Positions 40,194-49,375 of a DNA stretch of 64,000 nt are shown piece by piece. Made by a program: the position numbers and the translations under genes. Under the pieces are notes generated by a model. It saw only the letters and a list, made by a program, of their open reading frames with translations, searched no databases and was not told where the DNA came from. Each line of letters opens with the position of its first letter. Position 1 is the first letter of the stretch. Source of the DNA: an uncultured bacterium (GTDB taxonomy: Bacteria; Fidelibacterota; Marinisomatia; Marinisomatales; UBA1611). The DNA lies in assembly GCA_964525185.1 (NCBI GenBank), contig CAZGFQ010000004.1, positions 26,890-90,889 on the forward strand, written 5' to 3'.

Positions 40194-42587
40194 ATGAAAG
40201 AAGATTTAACCCCAAAAAATATTGAAAAACCGGACTTTGGTGATTCTGCAGAATTTCCAATTATGCCTTTAAGAAATACAGTTTTATTTCCTCAGCAAGT
40301 TATACCTATTTATATTGGAAGAGAAAAATCTTTACATCTTATTGGTGATTTAGACAAAGGGACTAAAAAGTATATTGTTGTTGTTGCGCAAGAAGATGGG
40401 TCAATAGAAGATCCAGGTAAAGAAGATTTATATGCATATGGCACCTTAGCGCATGTATTGAAAGTATTTGATATGCCCGATAATAGTAAATCCGCTATTG
40501 TGCAAGGGATTAGCCGAGTAAAAATATTAGATTACACAAAGGATGAGCCTTATTACGAAGCGGCTGTTACTCAACTGGATGAAATTGAGCTATCAGAAGA
40601 TTTAGAGCTTGACGCATTATCCAATAATCTTCGCCAATCATTTGCAGACCTCATTAAAATTGCTCCAAATCTTACTGATGAGCATACTGGCATGCTTTCT
40701 AATATTCAAAAACCTAACCGATTGGCAGATCGCGCAATATCATTAATGACTTTATCTAATTCCGAAAAACAGGAAATACTAGAGGAATTGGATGTTAAAG
40801 TGCGAGTTGAAAAAAGTATAAAAATTATTTCAAGAGAAATTCAGCGCATCAAATTGGGTGAAGAAATTCAAACAGAAGTCCATGATGAAATTGCCAAAAC
40901 TCAAAGAGAATACTATTTGCGTGAGCAAATGAAAGCGATTAAAAAAGAGTTAGGGGAAGATGAAGGAACAGTTGAACTCAAAGAACTTGAAGATAAAATA
41001 AAAGCTGCAAGCATGCCCGAAGATGCAGAAGAAGTAGCCCTAAAAGAATTAGATCGATTATCGCGTATTCCGACACAATCTCCAGAATACAATGTCTCCC
41101 GAACATATATTGAATGGTTAGCAGATCTCCCTTGGAGTGAATCATCAGAAGACACAATAGACTTAAAAGAAGCTCTAAAAATTTTGGATGAAGACCATTA
41201 TGGGCTCAGTAAAGTAAAAGAACGGATAATCGAATATTTAGCCGTCAGAAATTTAAAAACAGAACGCTCAAAAGATGGTCGAGTTCGTGGACCTATTTTA
41301 TGTTTTGGAGGCCCTCCCGGTGTAGGTAAAACATCGTTGGGAAAATCAATTGCGAGATCTATGGGTAGAGAATTCGTAAGATTATCATTAGGTGGTGTAA
41401 GGGATGAAGCGGAGATTCGAGGTCATAGACGTACCTATATTGGCGCACTTCCTGGGCGTATCATTCAGTCCATTAAAAAAGCTGGAACCAATAATCCGGT
41501 CTTTATGCTAGATGAAATAGATAAACTAGGTAGCGATTTTCGCGGGGATCCCTCTTCTGCCATGTTGGAAGTATTAGATCCAGAACAAAATCATTCCTTC
41601 AGTGATCATTATCTAGAAGTAGATTTTGATTTAAGTAATGTTATGTTTATTGCTACTGCAAATTATCAGGATGCAATACCGCCAGCATTAAGAGACAGAA
41701 TGGAAATTTTAGAATTTTCTGGATATATTGAAGATGAAAAAGTTGAAATTGCTAAAAGACATATTGTACCAAAACAGATAAAAGAGAATGGGTTAACTAA
41801 GAATGAAGTCACTGTTGAAAAGGCCGCAATTAAAGAATTGATTCGTTCCTTCACCCGAGAAGCAGGTGTCAGAAACCTTGAACGTGAAGTGGCAAATGTA
41901 TTGAGAAAAGTAGCTCGTGATTTTGTAGAAAAAAAATCAAAGAAGTTTAAAATTACGAAATCTAAGATTCAGGAATATTTAGGTGCGTCCAAATTTTATT
42001 CTGAATTAGCAGAACGAGTAACAAAGCCAGGTGTTGTTACAGGGTTAGCCTGGACGGCCGCAGGTGGAGATATATTATTTATTGAATCTACAAAAATGAT
42101 TGGTAAAGGGCGGTTAACCTTAACGGGCCAGTTAGGTGATGTGATGAAAGAATCTGCCACTGCAGGATTAACATATGTTCGTGCTCATGCAGCAACATTT
42201 GGTATTGATCCTGAATTCAATGAAAAGACAGATATTCATGTGCACGTACCAGCCGGTGCAATTCCAAAAGATGGACCATCAGCGGGTGTTGGAATGGTTA
42301 CATCTCTCGTATCTCTTTTAGCGGATACACCTGTAAAAGAAAAGGTAGCTATGACGGGAGAAATTACATTGCGTGGAAATGTATTACCCATTGGTGGTGT
42401 AAAAGAAAAAGTAACAGCTGCGCATCGCTCTGGTATAAAAGAAATCATTTTACCTCACCATAATGAAAAAGATTTGGAAGATGTTCCAGAGCATGTGAAA
42501 AAAGATTTGACTTTTCATTTTGCTAAAGAAATAGAAGATGTAATAAAGGTTGCATTACCGGGAATTAAAAAAAAGAACCAAAATTAG
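40194..42587 (+). CDS. lon: ATP-dependent Lon protease
   Basis: 797 aa. Lon N-domain, Walker A GPPGVGKTS, proteolytic Ser in PKDGPSAGV. Confidence 0.97.
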   Translation: MKEDLTPKNIEKPDFGDSAEFPIMPLRNTVLFPQQVIPIYIGREKSLHLIGDLDKGTKKYIVVVAQEDGSIEDPGKEDLYAYGTLAHVLKVFDMPDNSKSAIVQGISRVKILDYTKDEPYYEAAVTQLDEIELSEDLELDALSNNLRQSFADLIKIAPNLTDEHTGMLSNIQKPNRLADRAISLMTLSNSEKQEILEELDVKVRVEKSIKIISREIQRIKLGEEIQTEVHDEIAKTQREYYLREQMKAIKKELGEDEGTVELKELEDKIKAASMPEDAEEVALKELDRLSRIPTQSPEYNVSRTYIEWLADLPWSESSEDTIDLKEALKILDEDHYGLSKVKERIIEYLAVRNLKTERSKDGRVRGPILCFGGPPGVGKTSLGKSIARSMGREFVRLSLGGVRDEAEIRGHRRTYIGALPGRIIQSIKKAGTNNPVFMLDEIDKLGSDFRGDPSSAMLEVLDPEQNHSFSDHYLEVDFDLSNVMFIATANYQDAIPPALRDRMEILEFSGYIEDEKVEIAKRHIVPKQIKENGLTKNEVTVEKAAIKELIRSFTREAGVRNLEREVANVLRKVARDFVEKKSKKFKITKSKIQEYLGASKFYSELAERVTKPGVVTGLAWTAAGGDILFIESTKMIGKGRLTLTGQLGDVMKESATAGLTYVRAHAATFGIDPEFNEKTDIHVHVPAGAIPKDGPSAGVGMVTSLVSLLADTPVKEKVAMTGEITLRGNVLPIGGVKEKVTAAHRSGIKEIILPHHNEKDLEDVPEHVKKDLTFHFAKEIEDVIKVALPGIKKKNQN

Positions 42588-42617
42588 TTATTTTGGCTTA
42601 ATTTCCCCGCCATATTT

Positions 42618-42691
42618 GGGCGATTAACTCAGCTGGTCAGAGTGCTTCCCTTACAAGGAAGAGGTCGGGAGTTCGAATCTCTCATCGCCCA
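42618..42691 (+). tRNA. tRNA-Val (anticodon UAC)
   Basis: Hand-folded cloverleaf. Acceptor gggcgat/atcgccc, D stem actc/gagt, anticodon stem cttcc/ggaag with loop cTTACaa, T arm gggag-ttcgaat-ctctc. No encoded CCA. Confidence 0.9.
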
Positions 42692-42743
42692 CAGAGCCCT
42701 AGTAGAAGTGGCTTGTAACAGTAACAAACGCATAAGGAATAAC

Positions 42744-42953
42744 ATGCCAGAAAGAAAAGAAGGAACCGTAAAATGGTTCAATAATTCAAAGGGCTATGGT
42801 TTTATCGAGTGTGAAGGCGAAAAAGATCTTTTTGTTCATATGAGCGAAATTTTGATGGACGGCTTCAAAACACTTGCTGAAAACCAAAAAGTTGAGTTTG
42901 AAATTGGTGAAGGAACAAAAGGACCTGCAGCCAAGCAAGTAAAACCCCTCTAA
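42744..42953 (+). CDS. Cold-shock domain protein
   Basis: 69 aa from ATG 42744: [30 protein letters not shown] (RNP1/RNP2-like). The upstream part of track ORF 42642..42953 overlaps the tRNA and was discarded. Confidence 0.9.
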   Translation: MPERKEGTVKWFNNSKGYGFIECEGEKDLFVHMSEILMDGFKTLAENQKVEFEIGEGTKGPAAKQVKPL

Positions 42954-42990
42954 GTAATTCTTTGTAAAAAGAATTCTTTGGAATTAGTTA

Positions 42991-43024
42991 AAAAGCCATT
43001 CGTTTCGGCGAATGGCTTTTTTTT
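42991..43024. terminator. Bidirectional rho-independent terminator (csp / HesB-like convergent pair)
   Basis: Stem gccattcg/cgaatggc (42995-43002 / 43009-43016). A-run on the 5' side and a T8 run on the 3' side. Confidence 0.85.
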
Positions 43025-43045
43025 ATTTATATTGTAGTAACTATT

Positions 43046-43324
43046 CTAACAAGCACCAGCAGATTGAATCACTAATCCTTTTCCACGATAATCGTTTACA
43101 TAATCAATCGTAAAGCCGCCTACGTGATTTTGATCTTGCTCGCTAATGATAACGTCTATTCCGTTAATCGAATATTTTTTATCTGTATTATTGGACTCAT
43201 CCAGAGCCATGCCTAAGCTGGGTCCGCCTCATCCAAAACCAGCCATATATACTCTCAATGATTTTCCATCATTTTGAGATAATATAGCATTTATTTCTTT
43301 TTTTGCAATATCTGTAATAGTCAT
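43046..43324 (-). CDS. HesB/IscA-like small protein with in-frame TGA at the conserved Cys position (candidate selenoprotein, Sec32)
   Basis: Hand translation of the minus strand: MTITDIAKKEINAILSQNDGKSLRVYMAGFG[TGA]GGPSLGMALDESNNTDKKYSINGIDVIISEQDQNHVGGFTIDYVNDYRGKGLVIQSAGAC, ending in a TAG stop. TGA at 43231-43229. Invisible to the ORF track because each half is under 60 aa. Confidence 0.65.
43193..43225 (-). other. SECIS-like stem-loop downstream of the HesB-like UGA
   Basis: Counting from the first nt after the UGA. Lower stem G4-C36..C7-G33, upper stem C8-G28, C9-G27, A10-U24, G11-C23, C12-G22, U13-G21 with a bulged CU. Apical loop UAGGCAU places GG 16-17 nt after the UGA. Folded by hand. 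Confidence 0.4.
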
Positions 43325-43441
43325 AATTGTCCTAACATATAATTTTATGATTATTGTTTTGATACATTCCTTAATATTTGGTTACACCTTTTTTAGTTAA
43401 TTTTTCAAAAGAAGAGCCTTGAATAATCATTAGGGAAAAAT

Positions 43442-44458
43442 ATGAATCAAAAACGAGTACTCGTAACAGGCGGCACCGGCTATCTTGGATCTTGGATAAT
43501 AAAAATATTTGCTGAACATGGTTGGCTTGTTACTACAACGGTACGAAGAAATACTGCACCAGAGAATTTATCTGTGCTAGATGAAATAACTGAATCAACT
43601 GGTGTGAATATTGATATTAAATATGCAGATTTACTTACACCTAATTCTTTTGACGATGCAGTAAAAAATATTGATGTCGTTGTCCATTCTGCTTCACCAT
43701 TTGTGGCTTTCGGAACAAAAAATCCTCAGAAAGAATTAATTGATCCCGCCGTTATAGGTACTGAAAATGTTTTACAATCTGCAGCAAACGCTGGTGTAAA
43801 AAAAGTTGTACTTACAAGCAGTATTGCTGCTATGTATGGTGATGGCAGAGAAGTGGACGGAAAAATAATTGATGAATCTTTTTGGAATAGGACAAGCTCC
43901 ACGACGTATAGGCCATATGAATATTCTAAAACAATGGCGGAGAAAAAAGCCTGGGAATGTGCAAAAATTCACTCTTTTGAACTTGTTACCATTAACCCGG
44001 GGTTTATATTGGGGCCTGCGTTAACATCAAGGCAGGATTCTTCATCCATCGAAATAATGAATGATTTTGTAAAAGGTAAATACAAATCGGGGATACCTGA
44101 TACGTCTATTGGAATTGTGGATGTACGAGATGTGGCATTAGCCCATTATTATGCTGCTGAAAAAACGAATATTAAAGGTCGAACTATTATTTGCGCTAAA
44201 GCAATAAAGTTTATTGATATGGCAAATGCAATTCGAAAGAAAGTAGGTGGTTCTGAACCCGTACCAAAAACATTGGTTCCTAAATATCTATTTTGGCTAT
44301 TATCCCCATTATTTGGAATTGAGAGGGCTTATGTGATAGGCAATGTTGGGTTCCATTTTGATATCTCAAATGAAAAAAGTAAAAAAGATCTTCAGATTCA
44401 ATATCGAGATTGGGAAGAAACGGTAGCCGAACATTATCAACAATTAAAGGTTCAATAG
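43442..44458 (+). CDS. NAD-dependent epimerase/dehydratase-family reductase (extended SDR)
   Basis: 338 aa. VLVTGGTGYLGS Rossmann motif, catalytic YEYSK. Confidence 0.8.
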   Translation: MNQKRVLVTGGTGYLGSWIIKIFAEHGWLVTTTVRRNTAPENLSVLDEITESTGVNIDIKYADLLTPNSFDDAVKNIDVVVHSASPFVAFGTKNPQKELIDPAVIGTENVLQSAANAGVKKVVLTSSIAAMYGDGREVDGKIIDESFWNRTSSTTYRPYEYSKTMAEKKAWECAKIHSFELVTINPGFILGPALTSRQDSSSIEIMNDFVKGKYKSGIPDTSIGIVDVRDVALAHYYAAEKTNIKGRTIICAKAIKFIDMANAIRKKVGGSEPVPKTLVPKYLFWLLSPLFGIERAYVIGNVGFHFDISNEKSKKDLQIQYRDWEETVAEHYQQLKVQ

Positions 44459-45922
44459 ATTTCGCAAAATAGATTGAGCATCATCTCCCGTGGAAATGAA
44501 TGGTGTCCCTGGTTTTTTTGTATCTTCATCAATGAACGCAATTATTTTTAATTGTCCTGAATGAATAGCATAATGACAAATATCATCACCACTTAATGTC
44601 ATATTTCCAACACGTTTTGTAAGCGGGAATGATATTTTGCCTAAACCGTTATATGACCGATATATGATTTCTGTGCATACCTGAGTTCCAGCATCATTAA
44701 AATCAAAATTGAAATCATAGCTATTTCCAAGATACGCATGTGCACTCTTTAAGGCTCTATTTATTTCAGACTCTGTCAATTGTGGTCTTAAAATAAGCAT
44801 TCTATTAATTTTAGTATCAAGAACTTTAAGAATGCTGTTGGAGACCACACCTTCAGATACCGCTTCAATGATATCATCTCCATTATGAATATTATTTTTA
44901 TTTTCAATTGATATATCCATAATTCCCCATTCAGCTTGGGTCCAGTTATTCCGATCGCCAATATACATTATACCATGTTTAAAATAGCCCGGTAAAAAAA
45001 TGTTACTCATATATCCTTCTGAAAATGTCAATATAATGTCACCAGGTTGAAGCAATTTTTTTATAAGTTCTTTTTCAAGATGTGTAAATATAAGTGGAGA
45101 TTTTACCGGAGACTTAATGTCGCCAACTTGTGTAACAACAAATGCTTTTATGGCTTCAAATTGTCCCCCAGCCTTGTCTATAAGAAATTCTGTTCTATTT
45201 TTAATCGTGCTGTGGCGTAGTTGATTGGTGATTTCAGGTGTTAATAAAACATAATGTGTAAGTATTTTATGGCGATGATTCACATGGAATTCATGTAACT
45301 CATCCAATTCATCTAGGAGTGTTATATATAAAGGATCGGATTTTAATGAATTTAATTCTGTCCCTGGCTCATACATTTCACGAACATATAATTCGCGAGC
45401 AATATCTAAATCATCCAAATTTCCAGGTAATGTTAAACTTTTAAATATTTGGTCAAATGTCCCTTGAGAAATTCCGCTTTTATAATACGGTTCATTTAAC
45501 TTTTTGATTAATTGATCTTCCAACATATTAATTGTAATAAAATGTCCACTGGCTTTATAAAGCATTAAAGCGGAATAATACCCAATGACAAATGCTTTTG
45601 TATTATAAAGTTTATCTTCTGAGAGTGTGTCATAATTGCGATATTGTTTAATAATATTCCACAAAGATTTTCGAACGAGAAGATATCGATATAATAAATT
45701 TTCAATTCGATCATTTTCAACATTAGAGATATATCCTAATTCATTTCTCTCAGATTGTTTGTGGATGAACATCATTTCCTGAAACATTTCGGAGAGAACA
45801 TTTTTAAAGATGGATAATTGCTTTATATCTCTTTCAAAGGAAGGTTGGGTTGCAGACAGATTATTTAGGGATATCCCTAAGAATATAAGAGTTGAAAATG
45901 ATATAGTTTGAATCGTTCTCAT
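44444..45922 (-). CDS. Exported protein with C-terminal YiiX/C92-like permuted papain-fold domain
   Basis: 492 aa. Signal peptide and an approximately 280-aa helical N-terminal region of unknown function. C-terminus carries PGDIILTF..., HGIMYIGD, IIEAVSEGVV, LGNSYDFNFDFND..QVCTEIIYRSY (His-then-Cys order). Confidence 0.55.
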   Translation of the reverse strand: MRTIQTISFSTLIFLGISLNNLSATQPSFERDIKQLSIFKNVLSEMFQEMMFIHKQSERNELGYISNVENDRIENLLYRYLLVRKSLWNIIKQYRNYDTLSEDKLYNTKAFVIGYYSALMLYKASGHFITINMLEDQLIKKLNEPYYKSGISQGTFDQIFKSLTLPGNLDDLDIARELYVREMYEPGTELNSLKSDPLYITLLDELDELHEFHVNHRHKILTHYVLLTPEITNQLRHSTIKNRTEFLIDKAGGQFEAIKAFVVTQVGDIKSPVKSPLIFTHLEKELIKKLLQPGDIILTFSEGYMSNIFLPGYFKHGIMYIGDRNNWTQAEWGIMDISIENKNNIHNGDDIIEAVSEGVVSNSILKVLDTKINRMLILRPQLTESEINRALKSAHAYLGNSYDFNFDFNDAGTQVCTEIIYRSYNGLGKISFPLTKRVGNMTLSGDDICHYAIHSGQLKIIAFIDEDTKKPGTPFISTGDDAQSILRNLLNL

Positions 45923-46014
45923 AATTGTAATTCGGCAAATTTATGATAATTTAAATCAAATTGGAATTATTCAATTATTTTCTAATAATGTTTTAAACTT
46001 TCGACCTTAATCTT

Positions 46015-46167
46015 ATGAAAAAATCTAGAATTATATACGCATTATGGCTTGTAGGGGTGATTGTATGGAATTACGCCTATCCAACGGTTCCACCAATATT
46101 TGATGTGGGAATGGCTGTTTTACTATCATTATTTTCATACGGATTGAGTTTTTTCTTTAATGCATAA
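46015..46167 (+). CDS. Small hydrophobic protein (50 aa, two predicted TM segments)
   Basis: ATG 46015 to TAA 46165-46167: MKKSRIIYALWLVGVIVWNYAYPTVPPIFDVGMAVLLSLFSYGLSFFFNA. Below the ORF-track size cut-off. Confidence 0.35.
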   Translation: MKKSRIIYALWLVGVIVWNYAYPTVPPIFDVGMAVLLSLFSYGLSFFFNA

Positions 46168-46223
46168 ATATATATTTTCAATTATTGCAATGATTCTATT
46201 CAGTTCAGTACATTTCGACCTAA

Positions 46224-47048
46224 ATGAAAAAGCTACTGACAGCTAAAGAATTACGCCAAAAATATCGCCCGGATGAAATTCTAATGGATATCCAAAATTC
46301 TTTTAATGAAAATAAATCCAACATTATAGACACATTTTCATTACCAGATTCACCGTTGGAAAAATATAAAAGAAAAAAACAATTATCTATTTTAGTCGAG
46401 GAAAAATCGACGGATGATTCAACTGTCATAAATGAACTCGTAGAAACATTAAGTGATGCAGTCTTTTTTATGAAATTATCTAAGCCAAAAAGAACAAAAA
46501 TAACCCAACGACTTCGCATGTTTGAATCTCAACTGATTGAAAATCAATTATTAAGAATTAATCTTCTATTAGAGGATGAAGAATTAGGTTCACCTACTCC
46601 ATGGACAGATGAGAAGGGACAAGTTAAAATAGCAAGTTCTCATCATGGGCTAGACATGGCTTTTGAAATTTTATCATTAGTTAGACTTGATTTAGAAGAA
46701 GAAAGCCATTACTGGAAAAATATTTCGCGGACGGGTTATTTAACTGGACTCCAATTGTCAATGGGGTCATTTTTTCAATACTTAAAAAATCTTGGCATGA
46801 CACAAAAAGATCAAATCACGTTGGTCCAACAATTATTTGATTCATTGAATGTTGATTGGGAAGAAGGAGAAAGAGAGAATATAAAAATATCTCTCCTACA
46901 GCCAGCACTTGCACTTCATGATGAGAAACAAAGACTGATTGAATCCAAAAAAAATGTGTCCAATTATCCAAAATATTTGAATAATAATATAATTGACGAA
47001 ATAACTGCACTATCAGCAAACTATAAAAAAAGATTAAGACGATTTTAA
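46224..47048 (+). CDS. Hypothetical cytoplasmic protein
   Basis: 274-aa ORF, charged and helical. No recognisable motif. Confidence 0.55.
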   Translation: MKKLLTAKELRQKYRPDEILMDIQNSFNENKSNIIDTFSLPDSPLEKYKRKKQLSILVEEKSTDDSTVINELVETLSDAVFFMKLSKPKRTKITQRLRMFESQLIENQLLRINLLLEDEELGSPTPWTDEKGQVKIASSHHGLDMAFEILSLVRLDLEEESHYWKNISRTGYLTGLQLSMGSFFQYLKNLGMTQKDQITLVQQLFDSLNVDWEEGERENIKISLLQPALALHDEKQRLIESKKNVSNYPKYLNNNIIDEITALSANYKKRLRRF

Positions 47049-47091
47049 TAAATGACAACTATTTTTATTTTCGAATGTCCAATAAAACATT

Positions 47092-47262
47092 ATGGCTAAA
47101 TACGGATATAATTATAACGGCGAATGGGTAAAAACAGGTGTTACATTTGGTTCTGTTTTATCAATTGTAATTTCTTTCACATTAAATAAGTCAGTATTCT
47201 GGGCAATTGTACATGGGCTACTTTCGTGGGTTTATGTACTATATTATATCGTGGTAAAATAA
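47092..47262 (+). CDS. Small membrane protein (56 aa)
   Basis: MAKYGYNYNGEWVKTGVTFGSVLSIVISFTLNKSVFWAIVHGLLSWVYVLYYIVVK. The TAA stop is immediately followed by the ATG of the PspC-domain gene. Confidence 0.45.
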   Translation: MAKYGYNYNGEWVKTGVTFGSVLSIVISFTLNKSVFWAIVHGLLSWVYVLYYIVVK

Positions 47263-47457
47263 ATGAGTGAAATAAAAAAATTATATCGAAATAGAAAAGA
47301 TGGCAAAATAGCAGGGATTTGCTCTGGCATTGGTGACTATTTTGAAGTGGATCCAGTTATTATAAGAATTATTTTCCTTTTCGGATTTGTTCTAGGAGGT
47401 GGATTTATTGCATATATGATTGGATGGTTCATTATTCCAGATCGAAAAATGGATTAG
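47263..47457 (+). CDS. PspC-domain small membrane protein
   Basis: 64 aa. LYRNRKDGKIAGICSGIGDYFEVDPVIIRIIFL followed by a TM helix. Confidence 0.8.
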   Translation: MSEIKKLYRNRKDGKIAGICSGIGDYFEVDPVIIRIIFLFGFVLGGGFIAYMIGWFIIPDRKMD

Positions 47458-47638
47458 ATTGAATAAAAAGATATAGCATTTTATAGCGTCATAGTTGTTT
47501 GTTTATTTTGTAATTTTAAGTGTATAAATAGCAGATAATTACTCTGTTTAATTGAGGGAATAATGGTCCAAAATAAACCAGCATTAATACTTTATTCTTT
47601 CCCACAGTTATATCTAATTACCAATAAAGGTGTGCCCT

Positions 47639-49288
47639 ATGCCAAATCAACCTAAAAAATCTAAAAAAATCCCAACTGGCATCAATCTATTACACAATCC
47701 AACATGGAATAAGGGAACAGGCTTTTCTGAAGCTGAACGCGATGCGTTGAATATTCGCGGATTATTACCGCCAAGGATATTTTCTGAAAGCGAGCAAGAA
47801 TTACGAATTTTAGAAAATTTCAAAAAGAAACCCAGCCCCATCGAAAAGTATATTTACTTAATTTCTTTGCAGGATAGAAATGAAACCCTTTTTTACCGAG
47901 TCCTAATTGACCATATTGAAGAAATGATGCCAATTGTATATACTCCAACCGTGGGTGAAGCATGTCAAACATTTGGCCATATTTATCGTCGTCCAAAAGG
48001 ATTATATATTTCTTCTAAAGATCGTGGTACTATGAAATCTGTATTGCAAAATTGGCCAGAAGATGAAATTGGAATGATCGTTGTCACCGATGGAGAAAGA
48101 ATCCTCGGTCTAGGAGATCAAGGAACAAATGGCATGGGAATACCAATCGGAAAATTAACATTATATACTGCATGCGCAGGAATAAATCCAAAAAAATGTT
48201 TACCCATAATGCTAGACGTAGGTACAAACAATGATGACCTTTTAAAAGATCCACTTTACTTGGGCGAATTTCATCACAGAATGTATGGTGAAGAATATGA
48301 TGATTTTATTGATGAATTTGTGCAATCCGTGCAGGCTGTATATCCAAGTGCAATTATTCAATTTGAAGATTTTAGTAATCGAAATGCGTTTCGACTATTA
48401 GAAAAGTATAGAGATAGAGTGTGTTGTTTTAATGATGATATACAAGGGACAGCTAGTGTTGCACTTGCTGGAATATTTTCATCCTTGCGTGTTACAAAAA
48501 CAACGTTGCGAGATCAAAGAATATTATTCTTTGGTGCTGGAGAAGCGGGATTGGGTATTGGTGAACTGGTAGTGAATTCTCTAATGGAAGAAGGTTTGTC
48601 AAATCGAGAAGCACGAAAAAAATGCTGGTATGTCGATTCAAGAGGACTTGTTGTTAAAGGACGTCAAAAAATCACCCGCCATAAAGAACCTTTTGCACAT
48701 CAACACGATGAAATGAATTCATTATTGGACTCTATTCATGCAATACAACCAACCATTCTAATCGGTGCTTCTGGGCAACCACAAACATTTACGAAGGAAG
48801 TTATCGAAGCAATGTCAATTCTGAACGAAAAACCGATTATATTTGCTTTATCCAATCCAACATCAAAATCAGAGTGCACCGCTGAGCAAGCCTATCATTG
48901 GTCGGGTGGTAACGCTATTTTCGCCAGTGGTAGTCCCTTTGATCCTGTTGAAGTTAATGGAAAGACTCATGTCCCAGGACAAGGGAATAATGCATATGTA
49001 TTCCCCGGGATCGGGTTAGGAGCCATCGTTAGCAAAACAACTAGAATCACTGACGAAATGTTTGTGGAAGCGGCAAAAACGTTATCTAATTATGTCACAA
49101 TAGACGATTTGGAGAAAGGAAGCTTGTTCCCAAATTTGAATCATATTCGAGAAGTTTCTGCCTTAATTGCTAGAGCTGTAGCTAAAGTCGCTTTTGATTC
49201 TGGGACTACGACTGAAGAACGGCCAAAGGATTTATTAAAAGTAATTCAATCTCATATATACGAGCCTAATTATTATAGCTACGTTTAA
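47639..49288 (+). CDS. NAD(P)-dependent malic enzyme (large, SfcA/eukaryote-like type)
   Basis: About 549 aa. VYTPTVGEAC, VVTDGERILGLGDQG, GAGEAGLGIG. Start set at ATG 47639 (alternative GTG at 47630). Confidence 0.93.
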   Translation: MPNQPKKSKKIPTGINLLHNPTWNKGTGFSEAERDALNIRGLLPPRIFSESEQELRILENFKKKPSPIEKYIYLISLQDRNETLFYRVLIDHIEEMMPIVYTPTVGEACQTFGHIYRRPKGLYISSKDRGTMKSVLQNWPEDEIGMIVVTDGERILGLGDQGTNGMGIPIGKLTLYTACAGINPKKCLPIMLDVGTNNDDLLKDPLYLGEFHHRMYGEEYDDFIDEFVQSVQAVYPSAIIQFEDFSNRNAFRLLEKYRDRVCCFNDDIQGTASVALAGIFSSLRVTKTTLRDQRILFFGAGEAGLGIGELVVNSLMEEGLSNREARKKCWYVDSRGLVVKGRQKITRHKEPFAHQHDEMNSLLDSIHAIQPTILIGASGQPQTFTKEVIEAMSILNEKPIIFALSNPTSKSECTAEQAYHWSGGNAIFASGSPFDPVEVNGKTHVPGQGNNAYVFPGIGLGAIVSKTTRITDEMFVEAAKTLSNYVTIDDLEKGSLFPNLNHIREVSALIARAVAKVAFDSGTTTEERPKDLLKVIQSHIYEPNYYSYV

Positions 49289-49319
49289 AGCGATTCCATA
49301 GACACTCAAGGGTAATAAT

Positions 49320-49355
49320 CTGCTCATAATTGAGCAGGATACTATTTTCTTTTTA
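49320..49355 (+). terminator. Possible terminator after the malic enzyme gene
   Basis: 7-bp stem ctgctca/tgagcag with loop taat. A T-rich tract (ttttcttttt) starts 7 nt after the stem, so this is not a textbook terminator. Confidence 0.4.
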
Positions 49356-49375
49356 ATGGTAATTGTTTAGAATCT

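Noticed and set aside
42642-42743. N-terminal 34 codons of track ORF 42642..42953.
   Set aside because: This stretch overlaps tRNA-Val (42618-42691). The cold-shock domain begins at Met 42744, so the CDS was trimmed.
43229-43231. Alternative explanation for the two in-frame TGAs (43229-43231 and 51576-51578): a genome-wide TGA reassignment to Trp or Gly (genetic code 4 or 25).
   Set aside because: TGA clearly terminates many well-defined genes here at the expected protein ends: holB, ilvB, queD, lpdA, cimA, lipA and the gap paralogue. Pseudogenisation remains possible. It is less likely because both TGAs fall exactly on redox Cys positions and each has a downstream hairpin.
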